Assembly (NCBI RefSeq): GCF_022045235.1 | Contig: NW_027266270.1 | Span: 9,362,001-9,426,000 of the forward strand | Direction: 5' to 3' | DNA length: 64,000 nt | Source: Haliotis cracherodii | Lineage: Eukaryota | Shown: positions 62,259 through 64,000 of the stretch, piece after piece | Numbering within the stretch: position 1 is the stretch's first letter | Layout: each line of letters begins with the position of its first letter | Made by a program: the position numbers and the translations under genes | Notes under the pieces: generated by a model | Seen by the model: only the letters and a program-made list of their open reading frames with translations | Database searches by the model: none | Told to the model about the DNA's origin: nothing

Positions 62259-63404
62259 ATGCCTCCCAAGAGAAGAGCAACCGTCAACCACAAGCTTGTG
62301 AGGGGAGCCAAGCAGGCCAGGACAACCAGAAGACAAACCCCGGGAGTACACATTGTACAGGAGACAACAGCTGATGGTGAGTCTGCCAATTACGGAAATA
62401 TCGAAGGTGGCAACAGAATTAACGTACAATCGGCGCAGCTTGTAAATGCCGCGCAGGTTGCCAACTCGGCTACCCAGGTAAACGAGCAACTGGGAAAAAT
62501 ACTCCAGTTGCTGGAACATTCAGCGCCCGGCCCGGTTAGCGCAAACCAACAGGTAAGGCTTGGTTTTAGTTCTCCCGCCATTTCGCCCAACATAGGGAGA
62601 ATCCCCGATGCGCACAACGAGGCCGACGGTGACGCGGCCCCAGCCAATCACATCGCTGGATACGGGGATTCCCTTTCCTTCCGTGCGGACGGAATAGACG
62701 CGCACGTCAAACAACAGGTGAGGGAAAAAATCTGGCGTGGCGAGTATGTTGACCTCGGCACAATACTACCAAACACCGAGGGAAGTCACGAGGACGGTAC
62801 GATTACCATGGCGTATGACTCCTCAGGTAAGGTAATTTTTAAACCAATAAAACAGCAAGCAAAGCGCCTGTCCCTGGCAAGCTGGACTTCAGCTTTCCAC
62901 ATTTTCATGTGTACTTACGTTAGTAGGCACTCCGAGGTCCGCACAACCCAGGGGTTGCTGTCCTACATGGAAACCATAAGAACGGCGGCACTTCGATTCG
63001 GGGGGGATGCCTGGTCAACCTACGACCAACAATTCCGACACAGAATGTCAAGGGACCCCTCACGACGCTGGGACAACATCGACGGGGAGTTGTGGCTGAA
63101 GTACATGGTAACACAGCCGGTACTACAACCAGAATCAGGCGGACGGGGCGCAATGACACGCGTACAGGGGGACATCGCCAGTCAGGTATGCTGGGATTTC
63201 AATAAATTTGGCTGTAGCAGGGTCAACTGTAAGTACACTCACAAATGCGGTAAGTGTTGCAAACATTCCCATAGCTCTAGGACCTGCTTTCGAGGGAATG
63301 GGGTCCAACCGACCCCATACAAGCCCAATCAGCCCTTTCCTAACAGAAAACCAGCCGGCAAGGCAGGTAAATTCAATGGCCCCTTCCCCCGTGGATCTCA
63401 ATGA
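62259..63404 (+). CDS. Ngaro/DIRS ORF1 (gag-like, 381 aa) with C-terminal Cys/His zinc finger
   Basis: KIWRGEYVDLGTIL, WTSAFHIFM, WSTYDQQFR, CWDFNKFGCSRVNCKYTHKCGKCCKHSHSSRTC; uninterrupted ORF. Confidence 0.85.
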   Translation: MPPKRRATVNHKLVRGAKQARTTRRQTPGVHIVQETTADGESANYGNIEGGNRINVQSAQLVNAAQVANSATQVNEQLGKILQLLEHSAPGPVSANQQVRLGFSSPAISPNIGRIPDAHNEADGDAAPANHIAGYGDSLSFRADGIDAHVKQQVREKIWRGEYVDLGTILPNTEGSHEDGTITMAYDSSGKVIFKPIKQQAKRLSLASWTSAFHIFMCTYVSRHSEVRTTQGLLSYMETIRTAALRFGGDAWSTYDQQFRHRMSRDPSRRWDNIDGELWLKYMVTQPVLQPESGGRGAMTRVQGDIASQVCWDFNKFGCSRVNCKYTHKCGKCCKHSHSSRTCFRGNGVQPTPYKPNQPFPNRKPAGKAGKFNGPFPRGSQ

Positions 63405-64000
63405 AATGGCACCCTGGTTACGCCAATATGCTAGGGTCAATTACAGAGATGCAAATTATTTATGGGTAGGTTTTAGCTTTGGCTTTAAGCTCGAGTTCCA
63501 GGGAAGCCGCACGGGTCGCCTGGCACGAAACTTGCGATCAGCCACACACCAAGATACGGCAGGCTACGTGAAACAAAAACTACAAAAGGAAGTCGACCTT
63601 GGCAGGATGGCGGGCCCCTTCAAGGACACCCCCCTAGACAACCTCCAAGTATCCCCAATAGGCCTGGTGCCCAAGAAGCAGCCAGGATATGGTCAGCACC
63701 TGGGTAAGCATGCGGAGGAATTCCGTCTAATTCACCATCTATCCTATCCCAGGGGTAAATCTATAAATGACTCCATAGACACAGAGGCCTGCTCCGTTGT
63801 GTACGCCAGATTTGATGAAGCTACCCAGATGGTGCAACAACTGGGAAAGGGAGCATTACTAGCAAAATTCGACATTCAGTCGGCCTTTAGAATTATACCA
63901 GTCCACCCATCCGATTTCGAGCTGCTAGGCATCAGATTCGAAGGTGAGTTCTATTTCGATAAATGCTTACCATTTGGCTGCTCCATATCTTGCGCCATAT
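63376..64000 (+). CDS. Ngaro/DIRS reverse transcriptase ORF (partial, open at the window end; absent from the ORF track)
   Basis: MAPSPVD..GRMAGPF..SPIGLVPKK..FRLIHHLSYPRGKSIND..GKGALLAKFDIQSAFRIIPV..LLG..FDKCLPFGCSISC. Frame is open from 63157; an alternative ATG lies at 63298. Confidence 0.92.
   Translation, partial: MAPSPVDLNEMAPWLRQYARVNYRDANYLWVGFSFGFKLEFQGSRTGRLARNLRSATHQDTAGYVKQKLQKEVDLGRMAGPFKDTPLDNLQVSPIGLVPKKQPGYGQHLGKHAEEFRLIHHLSYPRGKSINDSIDTEACSVVYARFDEATQMVQQLGKGALLAKFDIQSAFRIIPVHPSDFELLGIRFEGEFYFDKCLPFGCSISCAI

Larger units (their letters stand above)
61800..64000 (+). mobile_element. Tyrosine-recombinase retrotransposon (DIRS order, Ngaro-like), 5' part; continues beyond the window
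   Basis: Abrupt loss of array homology and rise in GC content; gag-like ORF overlapping an RT ORF. Left boundary approximate. The YR domain is not within the window. Confidence 0.88.

Overview
Eukaryotic, intron-containing, repeat-rich DNA. The SINE repertoire with (GAGT)n tails suggests a gastropod mollusc, possibly abalone; this is inference from recall, not verified. From 1 to 24 kb the window is a transposon graveyard: three dead Tc1 elements from two families, two TA-flanked MITEs, three interspersed SINE-like families sharing one 3' tail, 19-bp and 34-bp minisatellites, an R4/Dong-like LINE fragment at a (TAA)n tract, and two N gaps. From about 25 to 61.8 kb lies a head-to-tail tandem array of a ~3.89-kb unit. 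Each unit carries a complete 5-exon minus-strand gene for a 249-aa BTB/POZ protein resembling the N-terminus of the serine-enriched protein (Drosophila gprs) family, but ending before most of the BACK domain. There are nine near-identical copies. Seven have the reference frame, and two share a +2 indel that swaps the C-terminal tail. A diverged tenth copy has an internal deletion and is interrupted by an apparently intact Ngaro/DIRS tyrosine-recombinase retrotransposon that runs off the window. A much older, decayed paralog lies immediately downstream of the array (22.4-24.8 kb). All alignments, identities and gene models were made by eye.
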